Origin: Candidatus Latescibacterota bacterium
GTDB taxonomy: Bacteria; Latescibacterota; UBA2968; UBA8231
DNA: 64,000 bases
Direction: 5' to 3'
Assembly: GCA_965208105.1 (NCBI GenBank)
Contig: OZ242318.1
Span: 4,128,001-4,192,000 of the forward strand
Below, in pieces: positions 41,066-50,370 of the stretch (positions are counted from its first letter, which is position 1; each line of letters opens with the position of its first letter). The position numbers and the translations under genes were made by a program. The notes under the pieces were generated by a model. That model worked only from the letters and a program-made list of their open reading frames with translations, ran no database searches and was not told where the DNA came from.

Positions 41066-42091
41066 ATGCACTTCGGCTCGCCGCAAAACTTCTGGCTGCT
41101 CCTGCTCGTTCCTCTTCTGGGGTGCTTCCTAGCCTGGGCAATCTCACGCAAGCGCCGCGCCCTCGAGCGCTTCGTCAGCTCGGAACTGTCCGCCAAGCTG
41201 ACCCGGAACCTCAGCCGCGGCCGGCAGTCGTGGAAATGCGCCTTCCTGGTGGTGGGAGTGCTGTTTCTGGTACTTGCCCTGACTGCCCCTCAATTCGGCG
41301 CCAAGCTCGCAATGGCGCAGCGCAAGGGAGTGGACGTGGTAATGGTGCTGGACGTGTCGCGCAGCATGCTCGCCCGCGACGTCAAGCCCAGCAGGCTGCA
41401 GCGCGCCAAGTACCAGGTCGGCCGGCTGATGGAGCGCCTGCAGGGCGACCGGGTGGGGCTGGTCGTCTTTGCCGGAGAGGCCCGCGTCCGGTGTCCCCTG
41501 ACCCTTGACCACGAAGTGTTGCGGACCTTCCTCGATGTGGTCGACACCAGGGCCATCCCGGTGCAGGGAACGGCCATCGGGGACGCGCTTGTCCTGGCGG
41601 CAAGCTGCTTCGAGGAAGGTGAGCGCCGCCACAAGGCCGTGGTACTATTCACCGATGGCGAGGAGCACGTGGGCCGGCCCCTAGAAGCGGGGGAGAGCAT
41701 CGCCGCGGAAGGGGTGCGGGTTTTTGCCGTGGGAATGGGGACCGAGGGGGGTGAATTGATCCCGGGGCAGGACGTGGAAGAAGATCTTAATTATCACAAG
41801 GACGCGTCCGGGCAGTACGTCAAGACGCGGCTGGACGAGCCCATGCTCGAGCAGATTGCCCTGAGCACCGGGGGCGATTATTTCCGCAGCAGCCTGGGAG
41901 GAGGAGAGCTGGACGCCCTGCATGAGCAGATTGCCGGAATGGACGAAAAGGAATTCGGGTCCCTGCGCTTCACCAGCTACGAGGAGCGCTTTCAGATTCC
42001 GCTGCTGTTTGCTCTGCTCTGCTTCCTGGCCGAGGCCTGGATTTCGGACAGAAGCCGCCGCAAGGGACAATGGCGGGGGCGTTTCACATGA
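41066..42091 (+). CDS. batB: VWA domain protein BatB
   Basis: LDVSRSMLARDVKPSRL, GDRVGLVVFAG, QGTAIG, FTDGE, YEERFQ. Confidence 0.88.
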   Translation: MHFGSPQNFWLLLLVPLLGCFLAWAISRKRRALERFVSSELSAKLTRNLSRGRQSWKCAFLVVGVLFLVLALTAPQFGAKLAMAQRKGVDVVMVLDVSRSMLARDVKPSRLQRAKYQVGRLMERLQGDRVGLVVFAGEARVRCPLTLDHEVLRTFLDVVDTRAIPVQGTAIGDALVLAASCFEEGERRHKAVVLFTDGEEHVGRPLEAGESIAAEGVRVFAVGMGTEGGELIPGQDVEEDLNYHKDASGQYVKTRLDEPMLEQIALSTGGDYFRSSLGGGELDALHEQIAGMDEKEFGSLRFTSYEERFQIPLLFALLCFLAEAWISDRSRRKGQWRGRFT

Positions 42092-42918
42092 AAGGAAGAG
42101 CGGAGGTATTGGCATTGGCCGCCGGGATGATTGTTGCCTGGATGGTGCTGACAGGAGCGGTGGTTGGCGACCAGGTTGCCTCGAAGGCGGCCGAGGCCAT
42201 GAAGCGCTACGAGCGGGGTGAGTACGAAGATGCGCTCAGGCTCTACCGCGAAGCTCAGATCCGGGAGCCTGGGTCCCCGGCGCTGCATTTCAACGTGGGC
42301 GACGCGCTATACAAGCTGGGAGATCTGGCCGCCGCTCTCGAGGAGTTCGAGAAGGCATCCCTTGGTGGCGGAGAAAATGAGGTCAGGGGGCGGGCCTTCT
42401 ACAATCTGGGCAAGACCTACTTCCAGCAGGGACAGTTCCCGGAGGCCGCGGAGGCCTTCAAGCAGGTGCTGGAGCTGGACTGGAAGGACCGGCCGGCGAA
42501 ACTCCACCTGGAGCTGGCGCTGGAACAGCTGGAAGACCGGCAGGACGGTCAGCGGGATAGACAAAAGGGGCAGGAAGACCGGCAGGGCGGTCAGGAGGAT
42601 CGGCAGGAGGGGCAGGAAGGCCGGCAAGATCAGCAGGAGGGGCAGCAGGGCAGGAAGGATCAGCAGGAGAATGGGGAGGATCGGCAGGAGGGGGAGAAGG
42701 ACCGGCAGCGACAGGATCAGGGACAACAGATGCATCGACAGGAGGGCCGGCGCGGTGACCCGGGACCGGAAGAAGGGCTGGACGAGGGCAGCGATGCCTC
42801 ACTTCCCTTGAGACAGGAAGAGGCCGAGCGTTTGTTGCAGGCGCTGGAGGACCGCGAGAAGCTGGCCTTGCTGCGCCTCTTGAAAGGTGCGCAGAGCGCC
42901 CGCGGCAAGGACTGGTAG
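42088..42918 (+). CDS. batC: TPR protein BatC
   Basis: TPRs (FNVGDALYK, YNLGKTYF), Gln/Glu-rich linker, EAERLL, C-terminal KDW. Confidence 0.82.
   Translation: MKGRAEVLALAAGMIVAWMVLTGAVVGDQVASKAAEAMKRYERGEYEDALRLYREAQIREPGSPALHFNVGDALYKLGDLAAALEEFEKASLGGGENEVRGRAFYNLGKTYFQQGQFPEAAEAFKQVLELDWKDRPAKLHLELALEQLEDRQDGQRDRQKGQEDRQGGQEDRQEGQEGRQDQQEGQQGRKDQQENGEDRQEGEKDRQRQDQGQQMHRQEGRRGDPGPEEGLDEGSDASLPLRQEEAERLLQALEDREKLALLRLLKGAQSARGKDW
42532..42750 (+). repeat. Degenerate ~21-bp tandem repeat (QEGQEDR-like heptads) inside batC
   Basis: EDRQDGQ RDRQKGQ EDRQGGQ EDRQEGQ EGRQDQQ... Confidence 0.7.
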
Positions 42919-42919
42919 G

Positions 42920-44734
42920 ATGTGGGTGGAAAAATCGATTCGAACGGCGTTGATCGCTTGCGCCGCAGGCCTCCTCGGAGCCCCTGCCTTTGCCATCGAG
43001 TTCACCGCCGAGATCGACCGCAGCCGCGCCGGCGAGGCCGATCCCATCCGCCTTGTCCTGAGCATTGCCGCGGATGAAAATATCCCGGAGATCCCCGTCC
43101 CTGAACTGGTCCTCGACGAATTCCACGTGGAGGGCCCGAGTCTCAGCACCCGGGTGGAGATGGTCAACTTCCGCACCACTTTCAAACGGGAGCTGACCTA
43201 CACCATTTACGGGCGCAGGCCCGGCAACTTTGTCATCGGTCCGGCCAGGATCGAACTTGGGGGCAGGACCTACGAGACCGAGCCGCTCAAGGTCGAAATC
43301 GTCCCCGGTTCGCTGCGCCAGGCTCCGCTCGCGGGTCAAGGCGAGCCGGCGGCGCCGGCAAGTATCGCGGACAACCTGTTCCTGCGCGTACGCAGCGACC
43401 GCGGCAGGGCCTACGTTGGACAGCAGGTAACCCTGGACTACGATCTGTGCTATCGCTTCAGGCTCCGCAACGTGGGTTTCAAGCAACTACCGACCTTTGC
43501 GGGCTTCTGGGTCAAGGAGCTCTTCGCAGCCCAGACCCTGGAGGTCCGCCGCGAAACGATTCGCGGGTCTCAGTTCGACGTGGCCCCGCTGCGCCGGGTC
43601 GCCCTCTTCCCCACAAGAGCGGGAACGCACCAGGTCGAGGCCATGGTCCTCTCCTGCGAGATCCACCGGAGGCGCAGGCAGCGCAGCGTCTTCGACTCCT
43701 TCGGGCTTTTCGACGGCTTCGGCCAACCCGGCCAAAGTGTGACAGTACGCAGCGAGGCGGTGGAAATCGAGGCTCTGCCCTTGCCGCGGGACAGAAGGCC
43801 GCCGGACTTCAGCGGTGCGGTGGGCCGCTTCGCTCTCGACGTCGAGGCCATGCCAACCGCGGTGCCGGTCGGCGACCCTGTGACCCTCAGGGTGGAGGTG
43901 AGTGGCCGGGGCAACGTGAACGCACTGAATTTCGAGGCCCTGGAGGGGCTGCCGGGGTTTGAAGTATACGAGCCCCGGGTAGAAACGGCCGAATCGGTTG
44001 AGAGCGGGGTCTATGGGGGCAGCCGCACCTTCGAGTACATCCTGATTCCGGAGCGCGGAGGACAACTGGAGATCCCCGCCCTGCGATTGTCCTACTTCGA
44101 TCCCCACAGCGCTTCTTACCGGGTAGCGCATTCCACTCCCATCCAAATCGCCAGTGATGGGGGCGAAATGGCTCTCGAAGGCAGCGAGTACGGGCTGAGC
44201 CGCAAAACCATCGAGGAAGTGGGCAGGGATATCCGTCACATCAAACCGGATCTGGAGGAGCTGGAGGATGTGGAGTTTCTCTACCGGAGGAAATCCATCT
44301 GGATCCTGCCTGCCCTGCTGCCCCTGGCCTACGCGGGACTGCTGCTTCACCAGCGCCACCAGCAGCGCCTCGAAGGAGACGTGGCCTACGCCCGGCGGCG
44401 GCGGGCAAGAGGCGAGGCAGACAAGCGCCTAAGCCGGGCCCGACAGCTGCTGGAGGAGGATCGCGGCATCGAGTTCTACGCCGAAATCCAGCGTGCCTTG
44501 CTGAGCTTTTTGGCCGATCACCTGAATCTCGCGGCCGCCGGACTTACCCGGGAGACATGGGCGGCGTCGCTGGAGGAGAGAGGAGTGGGGGAAACCGAAA
44601 TCTGCGAGGTGGGAGAATTTCTGGACAGGTGCGACTTCGTGCGCTTTGCGCCGGCGGCCCCGGAGCGTCCCGAAATGGAAAAAGCGCAGCAGGAGGCTGC
44701 GCAGCTCATCGCAAGCCTGGGGAGGAGGGTCTGA
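42920..44734 (+). CDS. batD: BatD-family protein
   Basis: Signal peptide, Ig-like repeats, YVGQQV, GFW, FSGAVGRF, VGDPVTL, G.GN, YFDP, DIRHIK. Confidence 0.88.
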   Translation: MWVEKSIRTALIACAAGLLGAPAFAIEFTAEIDRSRAGEADPIRLVLSIAADENIPEIPVPELVLDEFHVEGPSLSTRVEMVNFRTTFKRELTYTIYGRRPGNFVIGPARIELGGRTYETEPLKVEIVPGSLRQAPLAGQGEPAAPASIADNLFLRVRSDRGRAYVGQQVTLDYDLCYRFRLRNVGFKQLPTFAGFWVKELFAAQTLEVRRETIRGSQFDVAPLRRVALFPTRAGTHQVEAMVLSCEIHRRRRQRSVFDSFGLFDGFGQPGQSVTVRSEAVEIEALPLPRDRRPPDFSGAVGRFALDVEAMPTAVPVGDPVTLRVEVSGRGNVNALNFEALEGLPGFEVYEPRVETAESVESGVYGGSRTFEYILIPERGGQLEIPALRLSYFDPHSASYRVAHSTPIQIASDGGEMALEGSEYGLSRKTIEEVGRDIRHIKPDLEELEDVEFLYRRKSIWILPALLPLAYAGLLLHQRHQQRLEGDVAYARRRRARGEADKRLSRARQLLEEDRGIEFYAEIQRALLSFLADHLNLAAAGLTRETWAASLEERGVGETEICEVGEFLDRCDFVRFAPAAPERPEMEKAQQEAAQLIASLGRRV

Positions 44735-45489
44735 TGCGCCTGACCCTTGTGGTCCTCGCGCTGATCCTGGCGGGGCAGGGGGTGCCCGAGGCTCGATCCG
44801 CCTTCCCGGGGCGCTACAACGAGGCCAATGACCTGTACCGCGGCGGCGAGTTCCATGAGGCCCGGGAGATCTACCTCGAGGTAGCCGCCAGCGGGATCCG
44901 GAATTCGGGGCTGTTTTACAACCTGGGCAATTCCTGCTTCAAGTCGGGGCGCCTGGGCGAGGCCATCCTCTGGTACGAACGGGCGCGGAGGATCGATCCC
45001 CGCGACGCCGATATCAGAGCCAACCTGCGTTTTGCCAACCAGGTGAAGAAGGACCGCGACCCGGCGCCGGCCGGGAACGCGGTGTGGGGCTTTCTCCTCG
45101 CACTGTTTCTCTTCCCCTCGATGAACGAGTTGTGCCTCGTCTTTTTTCTGCTGTCCCTGCTGGTTTTCCTGCTGGCGGTCTGGCGCCTGCGGCTGCGCAC
45201 GACACGGGCTTTGTGGCTCGCTCTTTTCCTCACCTGCAGCGGCTTGACCGTGCTGGCGGGAGGGTGGGGTGGACTGCGCATCCACCGGCAGGAAACCCTG
45301 GTCGAGGCCATCGTCGTCGTCGGCCAGGCCACGGCGCGCAGCGGACCGGAATCGCGGCAGACCGCGGTGCTCGTCGTCCATGAGGGCACCAAGGTCCGGG
45401 TCGAGAGAATGGAGGGAGAATGGCGGCTCGTACGCCTTGCCAACGGCCTTGGCGGGTGGCTGCCGGCAGCTTCCCTCGTTAATATTTGA
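44734..45489 (+). CDS. batE: BatE-family TPR-SH3 protein
   Basis: YNLGNS.FK.GRLGEAILWYERA, TM pair, VHEGTKV..GWL SH3 domain. Confidence 0.88.
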   Translation: MRLTLVVLALILAGQGVPEARSAFPGRYNEANDLYRGGEFHEAREIYLEVAASGIRNSGLFYNLGNSCFKSGRLGEAILWYERARRIDPRDADIRANLRFANQVKKDRDPAPAGNAVWGFLLALFLFPSMNELCLVFFLLSLLVFLLAVWRLRLRTTRALWLALFLTCSGLTVLAGGWGGLRIHRQETLVEAIVVVGQATARSGPESRQTAVLVVHEGTKVRVERMEGEWRLVRLANGLGGWLPAASLVNI

Positions 45490-45534
45490 AAGGCCTGCCG
45501 CTCTGCCGGCAGGGTTGAAATGAAAGGGGATTTC

Positions 45535-46590
45535 ATGGCCGGATTGAAGGTGGGAATCATCGGCGTGGGGGGAATTGCCCGCTCCCATGTTCCGGGGTGG
45601 CAGGCTTCGCGGGAGGCTGAGTTGGTGGCCGGCAGCGACCTGGATGCGGACGTGCTCGGCCGCTGGGGAGAAGAAAGTGGGGTAAGCAGGCTCTATACCG
45701 AAGCCGCCGACCTCTTCGCGGATGGCGACATTGACATCGTCGACATCTGCACCCCCAACAGGTACCACGCCGAGCTCGCCATCAGCGCCCTGGAGGCCGG
45801 CAAACACGTGATTTGCGAAAAGCCGCTCGCCCCTACTCCCGATGCCATCCGCCAGATGATCGCCGCGCGCGACCGCGCCGGCAAGATGCTGATGACGGCG
45901 CAGCATTTCCGCTTCGAAGACAGTGTGGTGGCGCTGAAGGCGGAGATCGATACGGGGACACTCGGAGATATATACCATGCGCGAAGCTGGATGTTGCGCC
46001 GGGCCGGTCTGATCCCCACTCCCACCTTCGTTCTCAAAGAGCACAGCGGGGGAGGGCCGTGCATCGACATCGGGGTCCACATTCTCGACCTGACCCTGTG
46101 GTTCATGGGCAATCCCCGGCCGGTGGCGGTGAGCGGGGTAGCCCGGGCGGAGCTGGCGCACCAGGAGGGCGCCTTCAGCAGTTGGGGGGAGCGGCCGCCG
46201 GTCCCGCGGGAGTTCGACGTCGAGGATTTCGCCGCGGCCTTCGTGCGCTTCGAGAACGGCGCGACTCTCATCCTGGAGGTGAGCTGGTTGCTGCACCACC
46301 ACACCGAGGGAGAGGACATGCAAATGTGGCTGTACGGCACCCGCGGCGGGGCGCACTGGCCCGCGTGCCGGATCGCCGAAAGCAATTACGCCACCCGGCA
46401 GCACTACGATCGCACCCTTCAGCTCATGCCCGACGGGCTCGAGGAGCACGCCCTGGAGTGCGTAGAGTTTGCCCGCGCCATCGCCGAGGGAGCACCGTCC
46501 CCGGTGCCAGCCGAGCAGTCGCTTCAGGTGGTCCAGATTCTCGATGGCATCTACCGCAGCCAGGAAGCCGGCGGCGAAGTCAGGCTCTGA
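45535..46590 (+). CDS. Gfo/Idh/MocA-family oxidoreductase
   Basis: GIIGVGGI, ICTPN, GKHVICEKP, GGGPCIDIGVH, DVED. Confidence 0.93.
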   Translation: MAGLKVGIIGVGGIARSHVPGWQASREAELVAGSDLDADVLGRWGEESGVSRLYTEAADLFADGDIDIVDICTPNRYHAELAISALEAGKHVICEKPLAPTPDAIRQMIAARDRAGKMLMTAQHFRFEDSVVALKAEIDTGTLGDIYHARSWMLRRAGLIPTPTFVLKEHSGGGPCIDIGVHILDLTLWFMGNPRPVAVSGVARAELAHQEGAFSSWGERPPVPREFDVEDFAAAFVRFENGATLILEVSWLLHHHTEGEDMQMWLYGTRGGAHWPACRIAESNYATRQHYDRTLQLMPDGLEEHALECVEFARAIAEGAPSPVPAEQSLQVVQILDGIYRSQEAGGEVRL

Positions 46591-46629
46591 CCCGGGCAGG
46601 CGGTACGGCGCCACCTGCATCCCCATGTA

Positions 46630-48387
46630 CTAGATTCCTGCCTTGAAATAAGCGGCGACGGCCTCGGTGTCGAGGGTGTTGATGACGTCCTCGCTCCGCA
46701 GCCAGCCCTTGCGGGCAATGCCGATGCCGAAGTGGAGGTTGTCGAGGCCGGCGATGGAGTGGGCGTCGGTGTTTACGGCGAGGCGCACCCCGCGGTCGCG
46801 GGCCTTCCTGACGTGGCGCCAGTCCATGTCGAGTCGCGCGGGAGAGGCGTTGATCTCGATGGCGGTGCGATGCTCTGCTGCCGCGGCAATGATCGCGTCG
46901 ACGTCAACGGCGTATCCTTCCCGGTCCAGAAGGAGGCGGCCGGTGAGATGTCCGAGCATGGTGGTGGCGGGATGCTCGATGGCGCGCACGATGCGCCGGG
47001 TCATTTCCGCTTCACTCATGTTGAAGCGCGCGTGCACCGAGGCGACGACGAAATCGAATGTGGAGAGAAGGTCGTCATCGTAGTCGAGGCTCCCGTCGGC
47101 GCGGATGTCGGATTCGATTCCCCTGAAGATGTGAAAGTCCCGGCCTGCTTCGTTGAGGGCATCGATCTCCTCGTGCTGGCGGCGGATGTCCTCCTCCTTC
47201 AGGCCACCGGCATAGGCGGCCGAGCGGCTGTGATCGCTTATTCCCAGGTAGCTGTAACCCCGCTCCTCCGCCGCCGCGGCCATGGCGGCCAGGCTGTCGC
47301 TTCCGTCGCTGTAGGTCGAGTGGACGTGGAGCAGGCCGCGGATGTCTCCCGAGGTGACGAGTCCGGGCAGGGCTGCCTGCCCGGCGGCGGCGATTTCGCC
47401 GGCCCCCTCGCGCAGCTCGGGCGCAATGTAGCCCAGGCCAAGGGCCTCGTAAATTTCGGCCTCGGCGGCGCAGGGAAGCCGTTCCCCGCCGCGAAAGAGG
47501 CCGTCCTCGCGGAGCTCGAGGCCCATGGTCCGGGCCCGGGCGCACAGCTGCTCATTGTGCTCAGCGCTGCCCGTAAGGTGACGGAGGGCAAATGGGAAGG
47601 CTTCTTCAGACACGATGCGCAGGCGCGCCTTCATGCCGTTCTTGAGGCGAACCGTCGTTCCGCCGTCGCCGCCGTCGGTCAGCTCTGCAGCCTCACTCAC
47701 CTCGATGACCTCCTCGTGGGCGGCGCAGGCCGCGGCTACGCTCGCGGGATTGTCCGAGCTCAGTACCAGATCGATGGATCCGATCGTTTCCAGGTGGCGC
47801 CGCAGAGGGCCGGCCGGACTGATGCGCGCGGTGTGGGGTTGGGCGGCAAGCGCGGCTCCGAGAGATTTGGCTGCGGCCATGGCCACGTCAAGGCGGAACC
47901 GGCCATGATGGCGGCGCACGAATTCGATCCCCTCGAGGATCTGGACCTGGGTCCTGGTTCCGAAACCGGGAAGAGTGCTCAATTGCTCCTGCCGGCAGGC
48001 CTCTGCGAGGGCGTCAAGGGTGTCGATGCCGAGCTTGTCATGGACGAGGCGGATCTTCTTGGTGCCCAGCCCCGGAATCCTGAGCATGTCCAGGAGACCA
48101 GGAGGGATGGATGCCTTCAGCTCCTCGAAATCCCGGGTGGTGACGAAGCCGCTGCCGACGAACTCGGCGATTTGATTGGCAAGCCCCTTGCCCACCCCTT
48201 TGATCGATGTGAGTGACCCCTGGCTCACGAGCTCCTCCACATCCTCATCGAGGCTTGCGAAGATTCGCGCCGCCCGGAGGTAGGCGCGCAGGCGAAAGGC
48301 GTCGGCGCCGCCCAATTCCATCAGGACCGCGAGTTCTTCGAGGAATTCTCCGACGGCGCGCGCGCTGGCAGTGGGCATCTCAGACAA
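46630..48387 (-). CDS. polX: DNA polymerase X / PHP exonuclease PolX with non-canonical polymerase site
   Basis: FRLRAY, IKGVGKG, IPGLGTK, LTGSAEHN, IAPELRE; PHP HVHSTYSDG, SDHS, GHLTGR, EINA, NTDAH. Confidence 0.93.
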   Translation of the reverse strand: MSEMPTASARAVGEFLEELAVLMELGGADAFRLRAYLRAARIFASLDEDVEELVSQGSLTSIKGVGKGLANQIAEFVGSGFVTTRDFEELKASIPPGLLDMLRIPGLGTKKIRLVHDKLGIDTLDALAEACRQEQLSTLPGFGTRTQVQILEGIEFVRRHHGRFRLDVAMAAAKSLGAALAAQPHTARISPAGPLRRHLETIGSIDLVLSSDNPASVAAACAAHEEVIEVSEAAELTDGGDGGTTVRLKNGMKARLRIVSEEAFPFALRHLTGSAEHNEQLCARARTMGLELREDGLFRGGERLPCAAEAEIYEALGLGYIAPELREGAGEIAAAGQAALPGLVTSGDIRGLLHVHSTYSDGSDSLAAMAAAAEERGYSYLGISDHSRSAAYAGGLKEEDIRRQHEEIDALNEAGRDFHIFRGIESDIRADGSLDYDDDLLSTFDFVVASVHARFNMSEAEMTRRIVRAIEHPATTMLGHLTGRLLLDREGYAVDVDAIIAAAAEHRTAIEINASPARLDMDWRHVRKARDRGVRLAVNTDAHSIAGLDNLHFGIGIARKGWLRSEDVINTLDTEAVAAYFKAGI

Positions 48388-49162
48388 CCTCTCCGACCAG
48401 TTCGAGCATGGCCGAGGTCAGGGCCTGGTTGCCGGCTACCAGGCCGCCGTCGATGCGGGGATCGAGCTGATTGTAGCTCCGTACCCGGCCCTCGAGGTCG
48501 AGCATGAGGCCCCCTGCCTCGCGCACCAGGAGATCGCCGGCACAGACGTCCCACTCGTTCTTGGGCTGGACGCTGAGGTTGAGATCGCCCCGGCCTGCGG
48601 CAACGGAGGCCAGTTTGTAGGAGACGCTGCCGAGGGGCCGCACTTGCCCGAGATGGGGATGGAAGGGGTCGACCTCCCCTCTTCCGGCCTCGCTGCGGCT
48701 GACGATCAGGGTGGCCTGATCGAGCCGGGTCGTGGCGCTGCAGAACACCCTCTTGCCGTTGAGAAAGGCACCTCCTCCTCTCACCGCGGCGTATAGTTCG
48801 TCCCTGGCCGGATTGAAGATCACGCCGACGACGGGCTCGCCCTGGCGCACGAGGGCGATGGAGACCACGTACTCGGGGATGCGCTGGAGGAACTCCCTGG
48901 TGCCGTCGATGGGGTCCACGATCCAGACGGTCTCCTTGTGCAGCCGCCGGGCGTCGTCGGCCGTCTCCTCGGAGAGCCAGCCATAGTCGGGGCAGGCCCC
49001 CAGGAGGATCTCCTTGAGGAGCAGGTCCGCCTCGAGGTCGGCGGTGGAGACCGGATGGCCGCCGCCTTTGTCGCGGACATCGGCCTGGCGGCCGAAATAT
49101 TCGAGGGTGAGGGCGCCGGTCTTGCGGCCGGCGTCAAGGGCGAGTTCGAGCTTGTCTCTCAT
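48380..49162 (-). CDS. cysQ: 3'(2'),5'-bisphosphate nucleotidase / inositol monophosphatase family
   Basis: PVSTAD, WLSEE, WIVDPIDGTREF, SRS, GS, EWDVCAG. Confidence 0.88.
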   Translation of the reverse strand: MRDKLELALDAGRKTGALTLEYFGRQADVRDKGGGHPVSTADLEADLLLKEILLGACPDYGWLSEETADDARRLHKETVWIVDPIDGTREFLQRIPEYVVSIALVRQGEPVVGVIFNPARDELYAAVRGGGAFLNGKRVFCSATTRLDQATLIVSRSEAGRGEVDPFHPHLGQVRPLGSVSYKLASVAAGRGDLNLSVQPKNEWDVCAGDLLVREAGGLMLDLEGRVRSYNQLDPRIDGGLVAGNQALTSAMLELVGEVV

Positions 49163-49302
49163 CGGGGCTGGTTCCGACCCGGGACAGGCCGGCTGCCAAC
49201 AAACATATTGGCTGGGCGATGGTCCGGCAAGGCGAGGGGGAGGGGGCAGAGAGGGGATCGGCGCCTCTGCCCATGGTGTCTGGCAGGAGTCCGCGCATCG
49301 GC

Positions 49303-49330
49303 TTGACTCGACGCGCAGGGGGCCTAGATT
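49303..49330 (+). promoter_or_regulatory. Possible sigma70 promoter
   Basis: TTGACT-16 nt-TAGATT. Confidence 0.4.
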
Positions 49331-49386
49331 GAAATTTTGAAAGCGGAAAGGCGAATGACCAGGTATCCATTGTGGAGGTTTGACCG

Positions 49387-50091
49387 ATGAGATCGAGGTT
49401 TTCCGGATCGAGGTTGTTGACGCTGCTGGTGCTGGTGGCTCTTTGTCCGTGGGCTGCGGACCCGGCACAGGGAACATTGAGCGTGGATGAGACCAGGGCC
49501 CTGCTGCGGCAACTGCAGGAGAGTGACCTGTGGGGTGAGGCGGTGCTGGAAGGCGGGAGGATTCGCGATATCAAGGTGGATTCCCTGGCTGCCGACAGCG
49601 TGATCGTGCGCGAGGTCGTCGGGGCGCTGCACCAGCGCCGCGCGGTTTACTCCCTGACCGAGATCAACTCGCTGCGCCAGTTGGGAGCACAGCGGATCCC
49701 GCAGGCACGTATGCCCATGCGGGGGCCGAAGTCCATGCTGGGAGCCATGGTCTTCGAGATGATACCCGGGGCGGGGTACTACTACATCGGGGAAACCCGG
49801 CAAGGCCTGGTGCTGCAGGCATTCACGGCGCTGGCCGCCGGCGCGGTAATGGCCACGGGCAGGGAAGGAGCGGTTGGGTGGGCCCCGCTGGCGGTCTGGG
49901 TCAGGGTGGGATCCCTGCTGCACCTGTGGGACGAAGTGAAGGCGCTGAACGAGGTGGCGCGTTCGTCGGCCCCTGCCGGCGCGTCCAGGGAGGGGACTGG
50001 CGAAACGGGGCAGGGGGGAAGAGCGTCGGTCGGGCTGATGCGCGGAGAAGAGGGGGCGGTTCCGGCGCTGCAGATCCACTTTTCCTTTTGA
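49387..50091 (+). CDS. Hypothetical secreted/membrane protein
   Basis: GGAGG RBS, signal peptide, KS..A...IPGAGYYY.GE motif, C-terminal aromatic residue. Confidence 0.6.
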   Translation: MRSRFSGSRLLTLLVLVALCPWAADPAQGTLSVDETRALLRQLQESDLWGEAVLEGGRIRDIKVDSLAADSVIVREVVGALHQRRAVYSLTEINSLRQLGAQRIPQARMPMRGPKSMLGAMVFEMIPGAGYYYIGETRQGLVLQAFTALAAGAVMATGREGAVGWAPLAVWVRVGSLLHLWDEVKALNEVARSSAPAGASREGTGETGQGGRASVGLMRGEEGAVPALQIHFSF

Positions 50092-50202
50092 GAGAAACCG
50101 CGCCGGGGCCAGTAGGGCATATGGTGCTGCGCCGGCATGGAATTGCAGTGAATCGCTTCAATCACTCATGCCCTGGAATCCTTCGCTCCGCTTGATCCCC
50201 AC

Positions 50203-50370
50203 CTAGTGTCCCGTCGCAGAGATAGGTTGACGAAATTGGGCCGCTCAGGCGCCCGGCTCACCAGGCGCCTGAGCGAGTCGTACCAGTGGTGTACGGTGAG
50301 TGAAGGCAACGCCGTGAGCCGGGATGGATCGGCGAAATAATGGCGACATATTTCTGCGGCGGGACACTAG
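50203..50370. mobile_element. MITE-like non-autonomous element (168 bp including CTAG at both ends)
   Basis: Imperfect ~29-bp terminal inverted repeats: left CTAGTGTCCCGTCGCAGAGATAGGTTGAC, right reverse complement CTAGTGTCCCGCCGCAGAAATATGTCGCC; internal palindromes; no transposase. Confidence 0.75.

Noticed and set aside
42532-42750. CRISPR-like periodicity
   Set aside because: Degenerate coding repeats with no unique spacers and no cas genes
50133-50146. Sigma54-like CGGCATGGAATTGC
   Set aside because: GG-to-GC spacing is one base short and no gene lies downstream on that strand
50242-50323. HDV-like ribozyme or riboswitch reading of the MITE interior
   Set aside because: Could not assign the required P1.1/P3 elements or a known aptamer consensus by eye; kept only as a structured MITE
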